Positions 18,648 to 27,352 of a stretch of 64,000 nt of DNA are shown piece after piece. Source of the stretch: Terrimicrobiaceae bacterium (GTDB taxonomy: Bacteria; Verrucomicrobiota; Verrucomicrobiia; Chthoniobacterales; Terrimicrobiaceae); contig JBGSVZ010000005.1 in NCBI GenBank assembly GCA_041752695.1, forward strand, positions 43,126 through 107,125. The letters are read 5' to 3'. A program made the translations under genes and the position numbers. A model generated the notes under the pieces. It was not told where the DNA came from and ran no database searches. It saw only the letters and a program-made list of their open reading frames with translations. Positions within the stretch are counted from its first letter, which is position 1. Each line of letters opens with the position of its first letter.

Positions 18648-21362
18648 ATGACCGTATCTCCCCATTTCCCCCTCCGTGGACGTCCGTCCCTCCTTGCCAT
18701 CGCCGGAATGTTTGTTCTTTCCGTTGGCTTTCTGGCATCCCCCGCACCGGCCGCCGAGCCGTCCGTTCCGGGGCAAACCCACTACGGCGCATGGCGTTCC
18801 TCGCGCATTGGCGGAGGCGGATATGTTTCCAACCTCATTCCCACAAGCGACCCGAAGATTTATTACCTTCACACCGACGTGGGAGGATTTTATCGCAGCG
18901 AGGACGGCGGCGCCAACTGGAGAATGCTCCAAGGCAAGCTTCCCGCCACCGCCGGGAACCAGCAGCCGCGGGGATTATTGGTAGATCCGCGGGATCCCAA
19001 CCAAATCCTCGTGGCCACCGGTTCTCATTGGGAAAACAAACCCGAGGGAATCTACCGTAGCAGCGATGGCGGCCAGACTTTTGAACGCACTCTTGAGGCG
19101 GCATTTGCCGGCAATGGAAACACGCGGATGTGGGGGGAAATCCTTTCCGTCGATCCCGCCAACCCGGACGTGGTGCTGGCAGCGTCCATGAACGACGGGG
19201 TGTTCCGCTCCCAGGATTTTGGGCGCACCTGGCTGAATGTGGGGCTGACGGGCTTGAACCCGACCGACATCGATTTTGACAAAACCCAGCCGGGCCGGGT
19301 GTTACTCAGCGCGCAGCCTTACGATTCGTTTTTTCAAGGCAATCCCCAAATGAAATTGCGGGGAGGTTTGTTCGTGAGCAGTGATGCAGGCGCGACCTGG
19401 GAGGAAATCAAGCAAGCCGTGCCTCCTCCGAACGAGTTGACTCAGGCTCCCGCTGCCTTTGGTTCTGCCTGGATTGGCGTGTTCCGCAATTCTCTCGTTA
19501 AAAGCAGCAAGGACGGGGGCAAAACCTGGCAGGAATTTGGCGAGGGCCTTCCCACTCGGCCCGACACGGATACAAAAACTTCCCTCAGTCCCACCGCGCC
19601 CTACACCTTTACCGCCATAACGGCCGGGCCGGATTTTCTTTTGCTGGGAGCCGGTGACGGCAAACTGTACCGCCGGAACCCGCAGGATGCCGCCTGGACA
19701 CGCATTGAGTCCGCGACCAAGGCTCCGGACTTCTGGTACGGTAACCCCGGCAACCGCTCCGGGTGGGTTCACTTTGGCAAGGCCATGTCCACGCTCCGGG
19801 TTGATCCTCACGACCCGAACCGCTGGTGGTTGGGTGATTGGTACATGCTTTGGCAATCGAATAGCGGTGGCAAACAATGGGACTATGCCGGAAACGGGAT
19901 TGAGGTGACTGTCGTGCATAATGTCACCCAGACGCCCGATGATCCCGGCCACGTGCATCTCGGCATGGCGGATAATGGATACTTCTCGTCGCCCGACGGC
20001 GGGGCGACCTTTCAGCAGAATTGGCGGGTCATTACGAATAATATCAAGGACGTTGCCGTCTCAGCGAAGGATCCCACCCGCACTTATGCCATCGGTCCGA
20101 TGGAAAACGGTCCGTGGCATAGCAATCAACTCTTTGTCAGTGACGACCGGGGTGCCACCTGGCGCAAAGCCGCCATGCAGGGGCTTCGCTCCGCGGACTC
20201 CCGCCGTATGAACTCTCTCACGCTGGATCCTACGGACAAGGATCGCGTGTTTGTGGCGCTGGCGGGAGAACCCGGCACAGGCGGTGGGGTTTTTCAGTCC
20301 GAAGACGCGGGTGAAACCTGGAAACCGATCTCGTCCGGCTTGCCCGACGAAGGTCTCTTTCAGGCGGAGATCTGGCACGTCGGGCGTGAGTTGGCGGCCT
20401 CGCAGGATGGCAGCCTTGTGGCCATCTCCAGTTATAAATCCCGTGTTTTCCATCGGTCCCCCGGCACCCAATTGTGGGCGGAAGCGACCGAGAAGTTCGG
20501 CAAGATCAATAGCGTCGAGGCGGACCCTTTCGTTCCCGGCCGCTATCTCATTGCCTCGCCAACTTCGGGTCTCCATGAGTCCAGCGATTCTGGAGCGACC
20601 TGGACGAGGCTTAACCCGGACTCGCCCGCTCACCATGTTACCTTTGACAAAGCGGTGGCCGGTCGCATTGCTGTGGGTACGTCTGACGGAGTCGCCCTCT
20701 CGACCGACGCCGGCCAGACTTGGCGTTTGCTCGACAAGGAGCTTCCGAACCGCGCGGCCAACAGCGTCGCCTTCGCGGGAGACCGTCTCATCGTCGGCAC
20801 CGGCGGATGTGGCGCATTCTGGATCCCGCTGGCGGAGGGCGGTGGTCAGGCTGTCGCCGCGCGGCATTTTGCGGAGGTCGCCGCGGTGCCGGACAAGGAG
20901 CTCCTGACAAATGGGAATTTTGACGACCCCTCCGGCGATGCACTTGCGGGCTGGGCCTTGCGCTGGGCCAGCGTGAAGGGAGTGGACCTTCGGTCGGATC
21001 TTTCAACCCAGGCGAGCAAGCCGACCGCCTTGGTGCTGGAAATCCCCTCCGACGGTATCGGTGTTGTGGAGCTTAGGTTGCCAGACGACCTGGGAGGCAA
21101 GCGGATCAAGGTCTCCGGGAAAATTCGCGCCGAGGGGGAATTTTCCGAACTCTTCGTTGCGATTCAATCTTTCGACGATTCCGACAAACAAAATGCTTGG
21201 GTGAATGTATTCGACGGCTCGAAGCAGCAGTTCGATTGGACGACTTTCGAAAAAGCCGTAAAGGTCCCATCGCAAAGTTCGCGGGTTTTCCTCCTCATTC
21301 ACGCCAAAGGTACCGGCAGCGTCTGGCTGGATGATGCTTCCGTCTTGGAAACCGAAAGATAA
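18648..21362 (+). CDS. Secreted BNR-repeat double beta-propeller glycosidase (GH74-like) with a C-terminal CBM-like domain
   Basis: Signal peptide, IGGGGYV, TDVGGFYRS, many S.D.G.TW Asp-boxes, GMADNG; C-terminal LLTNGNFD...VWLDDASV. Confidence 0.8.
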   Translation: MTVSPHFPLRGRPSLLAIAGMFVLSVGFLASPAPAAEPSVPGQTHYGAWRSSRIGGGGYVSNLIPTSDPKIYYLHTDVGGFYRSEDGGANWRMLQGKLPATAGNQQPRGLLVDPRDPNQILVATGSHWENKPEGIYRSSDGGQTFERTLEAAFAGNGNTRMWGEILSVDPANPDVVLAASMNDGVFRSQDFGRTWLNVGLTGLNPTDIDFDKTQPGRVLLSAQPYDSFFQGNPQMKLRGGLFVSSDAGATWEEIKQAVPPPNELTQAPAAFGSAWIGVFRNSLVKSSKDGGKTWQEFGEGLPTRPDTDTKTSLSPTAPYTFTAITAGPDFLLLGAGDGKLYRRNPQDAAWTRIESATKAPDFWYGNPGNRSGWVHFGKAMSTLRVDPHDPNRWWLGDWYMLWQSNSGGKQWDYAGNGIEVTVVHNVTQTPDDPGHVHLGMADNGYFSSPDGGATFQQNWRVITNNIKDVAVSAKDPTRTYAIGPMENGPWHSNQLFVSDDRGATWRKAAMQGLRSADSRRMNSLTLDPTDKDRVFVALAGEPGTGGGVFQSEDAGETWKPISSGLPDEGLFQAEIWHVGRELAASQDGSLVAISSYKSRVFHRSPGTQLWAEATEKFGKINSVEADPFVPGRYLIASPTSGLHESSDSGATWTRLNPDSPAHHVTFDKAVAGRIAVGTSDGVALSTDAGQTWRLLDKELPNRAANSVAFAGDRLIVGTGGCGAFWIPLAEGGGQAVAARHFAEVAAVPDKELLTNGNFDDPSGDALAGWALRWASVKGVDLRSDLSTQASKPTALVLEIPSDGIGVVELRLPDDLGGKRIKVSGKIRAEGEFSELFVAIQSFDDSDKQNAWVNVFDGSKQQFDWTTFEKAVKVPSQSSRVFLLIHAKGTGSVWLDDASVLETER

Positions 21363-21504
21363 CCGCGAGGAACTGATTTCCGCACACAATCGATAATTCG
21401 GAACGCAAACAACAGCGAATATCCCCGCTCCGACTGATACTTCTTCCTAATTCACCGGGGATGGCCCCGGGCAAAAGCCAATACAAACCCCACAAAACAA
21501 ACTT

Positions 21505-22197
21505 ATGAAACGTACATCCCTCGCATTCATGGCCATTTCCCTGGCCGTAGTCCTAACCTCCCCTGCCGCAGTTATTGTGGACTCGGGTTTGGTCGGCAAC
21601 AGCAACAACAGCACGCTTTCCGGCGGCACCGGCGGTGCCGGGAAAGCGGTGGGATTCACGATGGGTACCCAAGCCTATACCCTCGATAGTGTGAATATCC
21701 GCCTCCTGACCAGTGCGACCCCCCCCTCGGCCGCACAGATGAACTTCGGCATCTATCTTGGTAACAGCAGTGGCATCACAAGTGGGAGTGCTTCGGCGGT
21801 TTTTAACGACCCCACTCTTACGGCCAGCACGGTCCTCAACTATAACCTCACGTTGACGGCCCCTTTCACTCTGGAGGCAAACACCACGTATTGGTTTGTC
21901 GCCTATACCACCGATACAAGTACAGGCAGTCTTGGCTGGACGTTCAATACTGCGGGTCAAGACGCCACCACCTCCGGGGGCGTCACGATTACGACGACCG
22001 AGGGGAGGTTTTTCCAGACTGGCAACACGGTGACAAACCCCACGACTTGGGGAGGCACATCGTCCACATATAACAACATCCAGATCAACGCCACGGCTGT
22101 TCCTGAACCGTCGGCGGGCCTGTTGCTTTTGGGGGGTTTTGGGATTCTCGCGGGGCTGCGTCGCCGGGCTGGCCGCCGAATTCCTGCCCAGGCTTGA
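21505..22197 (+). CDS. PEP-CTERM sorting domain surface protein
   Basis: Signal peptide, Thr-rich body, VPEPSAGLLLLGG followed by RRRAGRR. Confidence 0.92.
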   Translation: MKRTSLAFMAISLAVVLTSPAAVIVDSGLVGNSNNSTLSGGTGGAGKAVGFTMGTQAYTLDSVNIRLLTSATPPSAAQMNFGIYLGNSSGITSGSASAVFNDPTLTASTVLNYNLTLTAPFTLEANTTYWFVAYTTDTSTGSLGWTFNTAGQDATTSGGVTITTTEGRFFQTGNTVTNPTTWGGTSSTYNNIQINATAVPEPSAGLLLLGGFGILAGLRRRAGRRIPAQA

Positions 22198-22212
22198 GGA
22201 AAAAGGCGGGGG

Positions 22213-22896
22213 TCAGGCCGCTTTGTGCGGACGGTTGATGAAGAGAAAGACGAGAACCCAGAACGCTTGAAGGAGCGACGCCACGGGAATCTGCAACTCC
22301 GAGGGCATGAAATAGACCAGGCAGACTCCCGGGATCCAGATGCACCAGGCTGCCACCTGAACGGGAAAGACCCGGTCGAGGAAAAACCCGCGGCGGAAAA
22401 TCTCGCGTGCTGAACTGCGTCGAAATCCGGCGTCCCGCCAGGCAAAATATCCCGCGGAAAGGGTGTTGGAGATAAACGGGCTAAAGATAAACTGATCGAC
22501 CACCATTTTGCACAGGATGGTCTGCCAGTCGCTCTCCGAGCCGAACCACCCGATCTGGAGGCGATAAAAGAGGTCCACCAGGATTCCCATCAGGCCCCAG
22601 AAGGGCGCGGCGGTGAGAAAACTCCAGAGGTTTCTCCGGTTCGCTTTGCCCTCCTGAAAAAAGCCGATCCGGAGGATTTCCGGCAGCAGCGCGGCTGAGA
22701 GGACGTAGCTGAAAAACGCGAAGGCAAAACCGACCTCCTGCTTAAGATTGGCGACACGCCCCAGAACCTCCCGCGTTCCCTCGTGCATCACATAGAGCGC
22801 GAGGAAGACAATCATGAGGGATTGCAGGAGGAGGCCGGGCAGGAGGTTGGCCCAGGCTCCCTGGGCGGCGATCCGCAGGGCGTTGCGAAATCTCAT
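22213..22896 (-). CDS. Mpv17/PMP22-like membrane protein
   Basis: ATG 22896 overlaps the tilS stop; KMVVDQFIFSP and WCIWIP...MP..LQ...FW motifs. Confidence 0.7.
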   Translation of the reverse strand: MRFRNALRIAAQGAWANLLPGLLLQSLMIVFLALYVMHEGTREVLGRVANLKQEVGFAFAFFSYVLSAALLPEILRIGFFQEGKANRRNLWSFLTAAPFWGLMGILVDLFYRLQIGWFGSESDWQTILCKMVVDQFIFSPFISNTLSAGYFAWRDAGFRRSSAREIFRRGFFLDRVFPVQVAAWCIWIPGVCLVYFMPSELQIPVASLLQAFWVLVFLFINRPHKAA

Positions 22897-23822
22897 TCGA
22901 GGAAAATTTTTCCCTGACGGCGCCGGGCGTGCCGCGCGCCGGGCAGGTTGATTTTTGCCGGGCCAATCGCGGGATCGAGCAAAGACAACACGCGCTCGAC
23001 TTCGGCGTATCCGGCCTCGGGGATGTCCTGTCTTTTCAACCACCGCAACACCATGCGGCGCTGAAGCGCCAGTGGCAGATTTCGCAGTTCTGCGCACAGA
23101 AGTTTTTCCCCGGGTTCGGGCGTCAGAGAATCCAGCAGAGCGTTTTCCTCCCGGAGAATCGTGGCGGTTCGCAAAAGGGCGGGACGGAAGGCGTTTCCGA
23201 GGGTCTTCTCCACAGCGGGGAGAAGAGTGTGGCGAATGCGGTTTCGCGTGTGTGCGAACGACGCGTTGGATGCGTCTTCACGGAAGGTGATTTTGTGGCT
23301 TCGGACGTAGGAGTGGATTTCGTCCCGGGACGTGGCGAGCAGGGGGCGGTGGACTTCGATTTTTCCCAGCAGGGTGACAGGTTTCATTCCTGCGAGGCCG
23401 GCCGTGCCGCTACCGCGCAGGAAATTGAAAAGGATGGTCTCCACCTGATCGTCTGCGTGATGAGCGAGGAGGAGGCGGCGGCAGCGGTGTTTGCGCGCGC
23501 AGACCTCAAAAAAGGCATGGCGCAATTCCCGTGCGGCGAGTTCCAGGGAGAGGCTGTGTTGGCTGGCGAAGGCGGTGGTGTCGGCCCGGGCGGTCTCGAA
23601 GACGAGGCTTAGCCGGTGGGCGGTTTTGCGAACAAAGGTGGCGTCGCGAGTGGAGGCCGCACCCCGCAGTCCGTGGTTGAGGTGGCCGACGACCAAGTTC
23701 GTCCATCCGGCCTCGACCAGGAGATGGAGGAGTGCCATCGAATCCCGTCCGCCGGAAACACCGACGAGGTGTTTTTTCCGGCGGTCGTTCGGATTCAGGT
23801 TCGCAACGACCTTGGCGGGCAA
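22893..23822 (-). CDS. tilS: tRNA(Ile)-lysidine synthetase
   Basis: VSGGRDSMAL, HLNHGLRG, AHHADDQVET, RPLL, DASN and RNRIR. Confidence 0.95.
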   Translation of the reverse strand: MPAKVVANLNPNDRRKKHLVGVSGGRDSMALLHLLVEAGWTNLVVGHLNHGLRGAASTRDATFVRKTAHRLSLVFETARADTTAFASQHSLSLELAARELRHAFFEVCARKHRCRRLLLAHHADDQVETILFNFLRGSGTAGLAGMKPVTLLGKIEVHRPLLATSRDEIHSYVRSHKITFREDASNASFAHTRNRIRHTLLPAVEKTLGNAFRPALLRTATILREENALLDSLTPEPGEKLLCAELRNLPLALQRRMVLRWLKRQDIPEAGYAEVERVLSLLDPAIGPAKINLPGARHARRRQGKIFLE

Positions 23823-23835
23823 GATGTCCGTCGGA

Positions 23836-25104
23836 TCAGGAGATTTGGGACGCGCCGAAATAAGGATGCAATGGGGGCGGCAGGGTCACCGTGCCGTCGG
23901 GTTGGAGGCCCGTCTCCAGCAGTGCCACGTAAAGGCGAGCCAGCGCGGTGCCCGAGCCATTGAGGGTATGACAAAAGCGGTTTTTTCCGTCCTCGCCCTT
24001 AAACCGCAGATTCATGCGGCGGGCTTGGAAATCTTCAAAATTCGAGCAGCTCGAGACCTCCAGATAGGCATTCTGACCCGGCGACCAGACCTCAATGTCA
24101 TAGGTGCGGGCCGCGCCAAAACCGAGGTCCCCGGTGCAGAGTTCGATCACGCGGTAGTGGAGGTCCAGAATTTGCAGAACCTTTTCGGCGTCGGCGGTGA
24201 GGGCTTCGAGTTCTGCATCCGAGTTTTCGGGCGGGCAGATTTTGACCAACTCCACCTTGTCGAACTGATGCATGCGAATGAGTCCGCGCGTCCCCAGTCC
24301 GGCCGAGCCAGCCTCGCGACGGAAGCACGGCGTGTAGGCGGCGTATTTGATGGGCAGCGTGGCAACGGGAAGGATTTCCTCGCGGTGCAGATTGGTGACG
24401 GGAACCTCGGCGGTCGGCACGAGATAGAGATCGTCATCTGCGCAGCGATACTGTTGGTCGGCAAATTTCGGGAGCTGTGCGGTTCCGATCAGGGCCTCCG
24501 GTTTCACCACCAGGGGCGGTTGGATCTCGGTGTAGCCGTGTTCGTCCGTATGCAGATCGAGGAGAAAGTTGACCAATGCCCGCTCGAGGCGTGCCCCCTG
24601 GCCCGTGTAGCAAACGAATGCGGTGCCACTGATTTTCGCGGCACGATCGAAGTCGAGCAGCTTCAGGCGGCTGGCGATGGAGAGATGGTCCTCGGAGTTC
24701 TCCAGGGCGGGTTTTTCGCCCCAGACGCGAATTTCCGGATTGTCATCGGCCGAGCGGCCTTCCGGCACGACGGCCTGAGGCAGGTTGGGCAGGGTGAGCA
24801 GAAGGGCGCGCTGCTTTTCCTCCAAAGCGGTGCTTTGTTCGCCGAGGGACTGCATTTCGGCGGCTTGGGATTTCACCTGGGCCTCCACGGCGGCGCTGTC
24901 CTGGCCCTGGCTGCGCAGACGGCCAATTTCTTTGCTGAGTTTGTTGCGGTCGGCCTGCAGGGTTTGGAGCCGAGTCTCGGCCGCCCGGCGTCCGCTGTCG
25001 CAAGCCAGAACCTCGTCGATGACGGCATCAAGGGAGGAGCCGCGGAGTCCGAGGCGGGTCTTGACGAGATCGGGTTGTTCGCGGAGCAGGCGGATGTCGA
25101 GCAT
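23836..25104 (-). CDS. serS: Serine--tRNA ligase
   Basis: MLDIRLLR, PTAEVP, FRREAGSAG, HQFDKVE, EVSSCSN and HTLNGSG. Confidence 0.98.
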   Translation of the reverse strand: MLDIRLLREQPDLVKTRLGLRGSSLDAVIDEVLACDSGRRAAETRLQTLQADRNKLSKEIGRLRSQGQDSAAVEAQVKSQAAEMQSLGEQSTALEEKQRALLLTLPNLPQAVVPEGRSADDNPEIRVWGEKPALENSEDHLSIASRLKLLDFDRAAKISGTAFVCYTGQGARLERALVNFLLDLHTDEHGYTEIQPPLVVKPEALIGTAQLPKFADQQYRCADDDLYLVPTAEVPVTNLHREEILPVATLPIKYAAYTPCFRREAGSAGLGTRGLIRMHQFDKVELVKICPPENSDAELEALTADAEKVLQILDLHYRVIELCTGDLGFGAARTYDIEVWSPGQNAYLEVSSCSNFEDFQARRMNLRFKGEDGKNRFCHTLNGSGTALARLYVALLETGLQPDGTVTLPPPLHPYFGASQIS

Positions 25105-25120
25105 GGGAGGACGGAGTTTT

Positions 25121-25219
25121 AACGCTCAGCGTTCAACTTTCAACGCTCAACTCTGAAATCCTGTGCAGGTAGCCAACTTGAATGTTGAACGTTGAAGGTT
25201 GAGCGTGGAAACTTGGCAT
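25121..25219. repeat. Inverted pair of degenerate heptamer tandem arrays
   Basis: aacgctc agcgttc aactttc aacgctc aactctg (25121-25155), then ttgaatg ttgaacg ttgaagg ttgagcg tggaaac ttggcat (25178-25219). Confidence 0.8.
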
Positions 25220-25225
25220 TTCGCC

Positions 25226-26176
25226 ATGCCTGTCCAATACCGTGATTATTACGAAACTCTGGGAGTCTCCAAGACGGCAACCCCGGACGAGCTCAAAAGT
25301 GCCTTCCGGAAACTGGCGCGAAAATTCCATCCCGATACGGCGGAGGACAAAAAGACCGCCGAAGAAAAATTCAAGGAGATCAACGAGGCTTATGAGGTGC
25401 TGGGCGATCCGGAAAAGCGGAAAAAATACGATGAGCTGGGACCCAACTGGCAACAGGGTGGGTTTCCGCGTCCGCCGGGCGGCGGGGCGCGGCCGCAGGG
25501 ATTTCCGGGTGCCGGAACGTATGAGAGTGGGGGCGCGGAATATCATTTCGGCGGCACGGGATTCAGTGACTTTTTTGAGCAGGTTTTTGGAGCCCGGCGC
25601 GGACGCAGCCGGGGTTATGACGATTTTGAATATGGCGAGGCACCGCCAATGCGCGGTCAGGATGTCGAAGCCGATATTCTGGTGACGCTGGAAGAGGCCT
25701 TAAACGGGTCGAACCGGCAGATTTCTTTTCGCCGGGGGGATTCCGGGAAGGTGCAGACTTACACCGTGAAGATTCCGAAAGGGGTGCATCAGGGTCAGCG
25801 AATCCGGCTGGCCGGCCAGGGAGGATCCGGGGGGGCGGGTGGTGAGGCGGGGGACTTATACCTGCGGATCAAATTCGAGCGTCATCCGAATTTTGAAGTG
25901 GAGGGGAGCGATCTCCTTTATGAATTGGAGTTGCCTGTCCACCGCCTCGTGCTTGGTTCCGACGCGGAAGTGGTTACGCTCGATGGGCGGGCGAGATTTC
26001 CCATTCCTCCGGGAACACAGGTCGGACGGAAATTTCGTTTCGCGGGAAGAGGGTTGCCCAAAGGGGGGGGGCAGCGCGGGGACCTTTACGCGGTGGTCAC
26101 GGCCACTGTCCCGCAGAATCCGAGCGAGAAGGAAAAGGAACTCTGGCAGCAGATTGCCGCACTCTCGGGAGCCTAA
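25226..26176 (+). CDS. cbpA: DnaJ-class chaperone without zinc finger (CbpA-like)
   Basis: J domain with HPD, G/F-rich region, GFSDFF and DnaJ_C; no CxxCxGxG repeats. Confidence 0.88.
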   Translation: MPVQYRDYYETLGVSKTATPDELKSAFRKLARKFHPDTAEDKKTAEEKFKEINEAYEVLGDPEKRKKYDELGPNWQQGGFPRPPGGGARPQGFPGAGTYESGGAEYHFGGTGFSDFFEQVFGARRGRSRGYDDFEYGEAPPMRGQDVEADILVTLEEALNGSNRQISFRRGDSGKVQTYTVKIPKGVHQGQRIRLAGQGGSGGAGGEAGDLYLRIKFERHPNFEVEGSDLLYELELPVHRLVLGSDAEVVTLDGRARFPIPPGTQVGRKFRFAGRGLPKGGGQRGDLYAVVTATVPQNPSEKEKELWQQIAALSGA

Positions 26177-26194
26177 AAAGACAGGGAAACTTCG

Positions 26195-26229
26195 GCGGAT
26201 TGCCCTCGCTGCGACGGCAAGTCCGCCGA
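26195..26229. terminator. Hairpin between convergent genes (terminator or REP-like)
   Basis: TCGGCGGATTGCC...GGCAAGTCCGCCGA imperfect stem; shares CGCTGCGACGGCA with the element at 36639. Confidence 0.45.
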
Positions 26230-26241
26230 TTGAGCTCGGGC

Positions 26242-27081
26242 TCAGGAAGCGGGGGGCGGCGGAGTGGGGGTTGGTTCAGCCCCTTGATTTCCGGTATTTC
26301 CAGCCCCCCCTGCCGATCCCGCGGACCCGGGAGAAAAGACGGCACCTTGATTGATAACACCCTGATCGCCGCTGAAGGCGGTTTCCCCCAGCTGGTCGCT
26401 GGCAAAATTATCCGCCATCACGAGAAACTCGGGCGAGCCTGCGTAGGGGCTGAGGATTCCTTCGTTTACCAGGGCCTCATCCACCGCGAGTGCGAACGCG
26501 GCCTGTTCCTTGGTGGGAACGTTATCGATGGCAGAGTTCCGCAGGGATTTGACGAGTGATGCCACCGCGGTCTGTCCCAAGCCTTTCACCGAAACACCAG
26601 TGATCAAAGCGATCAGCCGGGTTGCGTCCTTCAGGTCTTCCGGAAGGCCTTTGAGGGCGGCACGGGCGATCTTGAGACGATTCTCTGGAGACTGGCCGCC
26701 GGGCAGTTCTTTTAACATTTCGATGGCGGATGCCACGATTGCCGGTGAGTCGGACGGGTTTTGGCGCACCAAGGCGGTGACAGCGTTCGCCAGCGAATCG
26801 ACCGTCAGTGTGCCCGCCGATGTGCCGAGGGACTTCAGTTTCGCCATGGTCGCCGGTACGGCGACGGTGTTGACGATCTCTTTGGAATAGGCATCGGGTG
26901 GGTTTACTAGAAGGACGACATCGTTCTGGTATCGAGAAACCAGCAGAGCGAGTTGTTCTTTGTCCGTTGCTTGCGCCCCATTGACTCCTCCGAGAGGGAA
27001 ATCCATGGGCACCGTGATCAACGCCAAGGCGTAGGGAAGGGACACCGCGGCCAGTCCGAAAAGCAGGAAGATCTTTTTCAT
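26242..27081 (-). CDS. Hypothetical exported protein
   Basis: Signal peptide MKKIFLLFGLAAV, Ala/Leu-rich helical core, Gly-rich linker and PTPTPPPPAS tail. Confidence 0.75.
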   Translation of the reverse strand: MKKIFLLFGLAAVSLPYALALITVPMDFPLGGVNGAQATDKEQLALLVSRYQNDVVLLVNPPDAYSKEIVNTVAVPATMAKLKSLGTSAGTLTVDSLANAVTALVRQNPSDSPAIVASAIEMLKELPGGQSPENRLKIARAALKGLPEDLKDATRLIALITGVSVKGLGQTAVASLVKSLRNSAIDNVPTKEQAAFALAVDEALVNEGILSPYAGSPEFLVMADNFASDQLGETAFSGDQGVINQGAVFSPGSAGSAGGAGNTGNQGAEPTPTPPPPAS

Positions 27082-27352
27082 CGCTATAGAGAGACAAGAC
27101 CACTGGGCCCTGGCTTTGTCCAGTCACAAATGGCGGCCTTAGGTTGTGCAACCTGTTGAAAATCAGGATTTAACGACGATTTGTCTGCGGAGAGTTTCGC
27201 TGCGAAATGTTGATCTTCAAAGACTTGCACGAGCGAAAGGGTGGGCGTGGGCGGACTCAAGAAATTGTCCACATTTCCGAAAATTCCGCACGGCTGGGAA
27301 AATCCAAACCGCGTATCACTGTCTCGAACGGGGGGCTTGGCGGTGACGAGGC

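Noticed and set aside
23491..25122. 543-aa plus-strand ORF
   Set aside because: Antisense to serS and tilS.
25121..25219. Repeat arrays as CRISPR
   Set aside because: 7-nt units without unique spacers; no cas genes.
26063..26071. G9 run in cbpA as a phase-variation tract
   Set aside because: In frame, encodes KGGGQ, and lies in a housekeeping chaperone.
27265..27273. TTGTCCACA DnaA-box-like site or oriC
   Set aside because: Single mismatched box; no cluster and no origin-associated genes.
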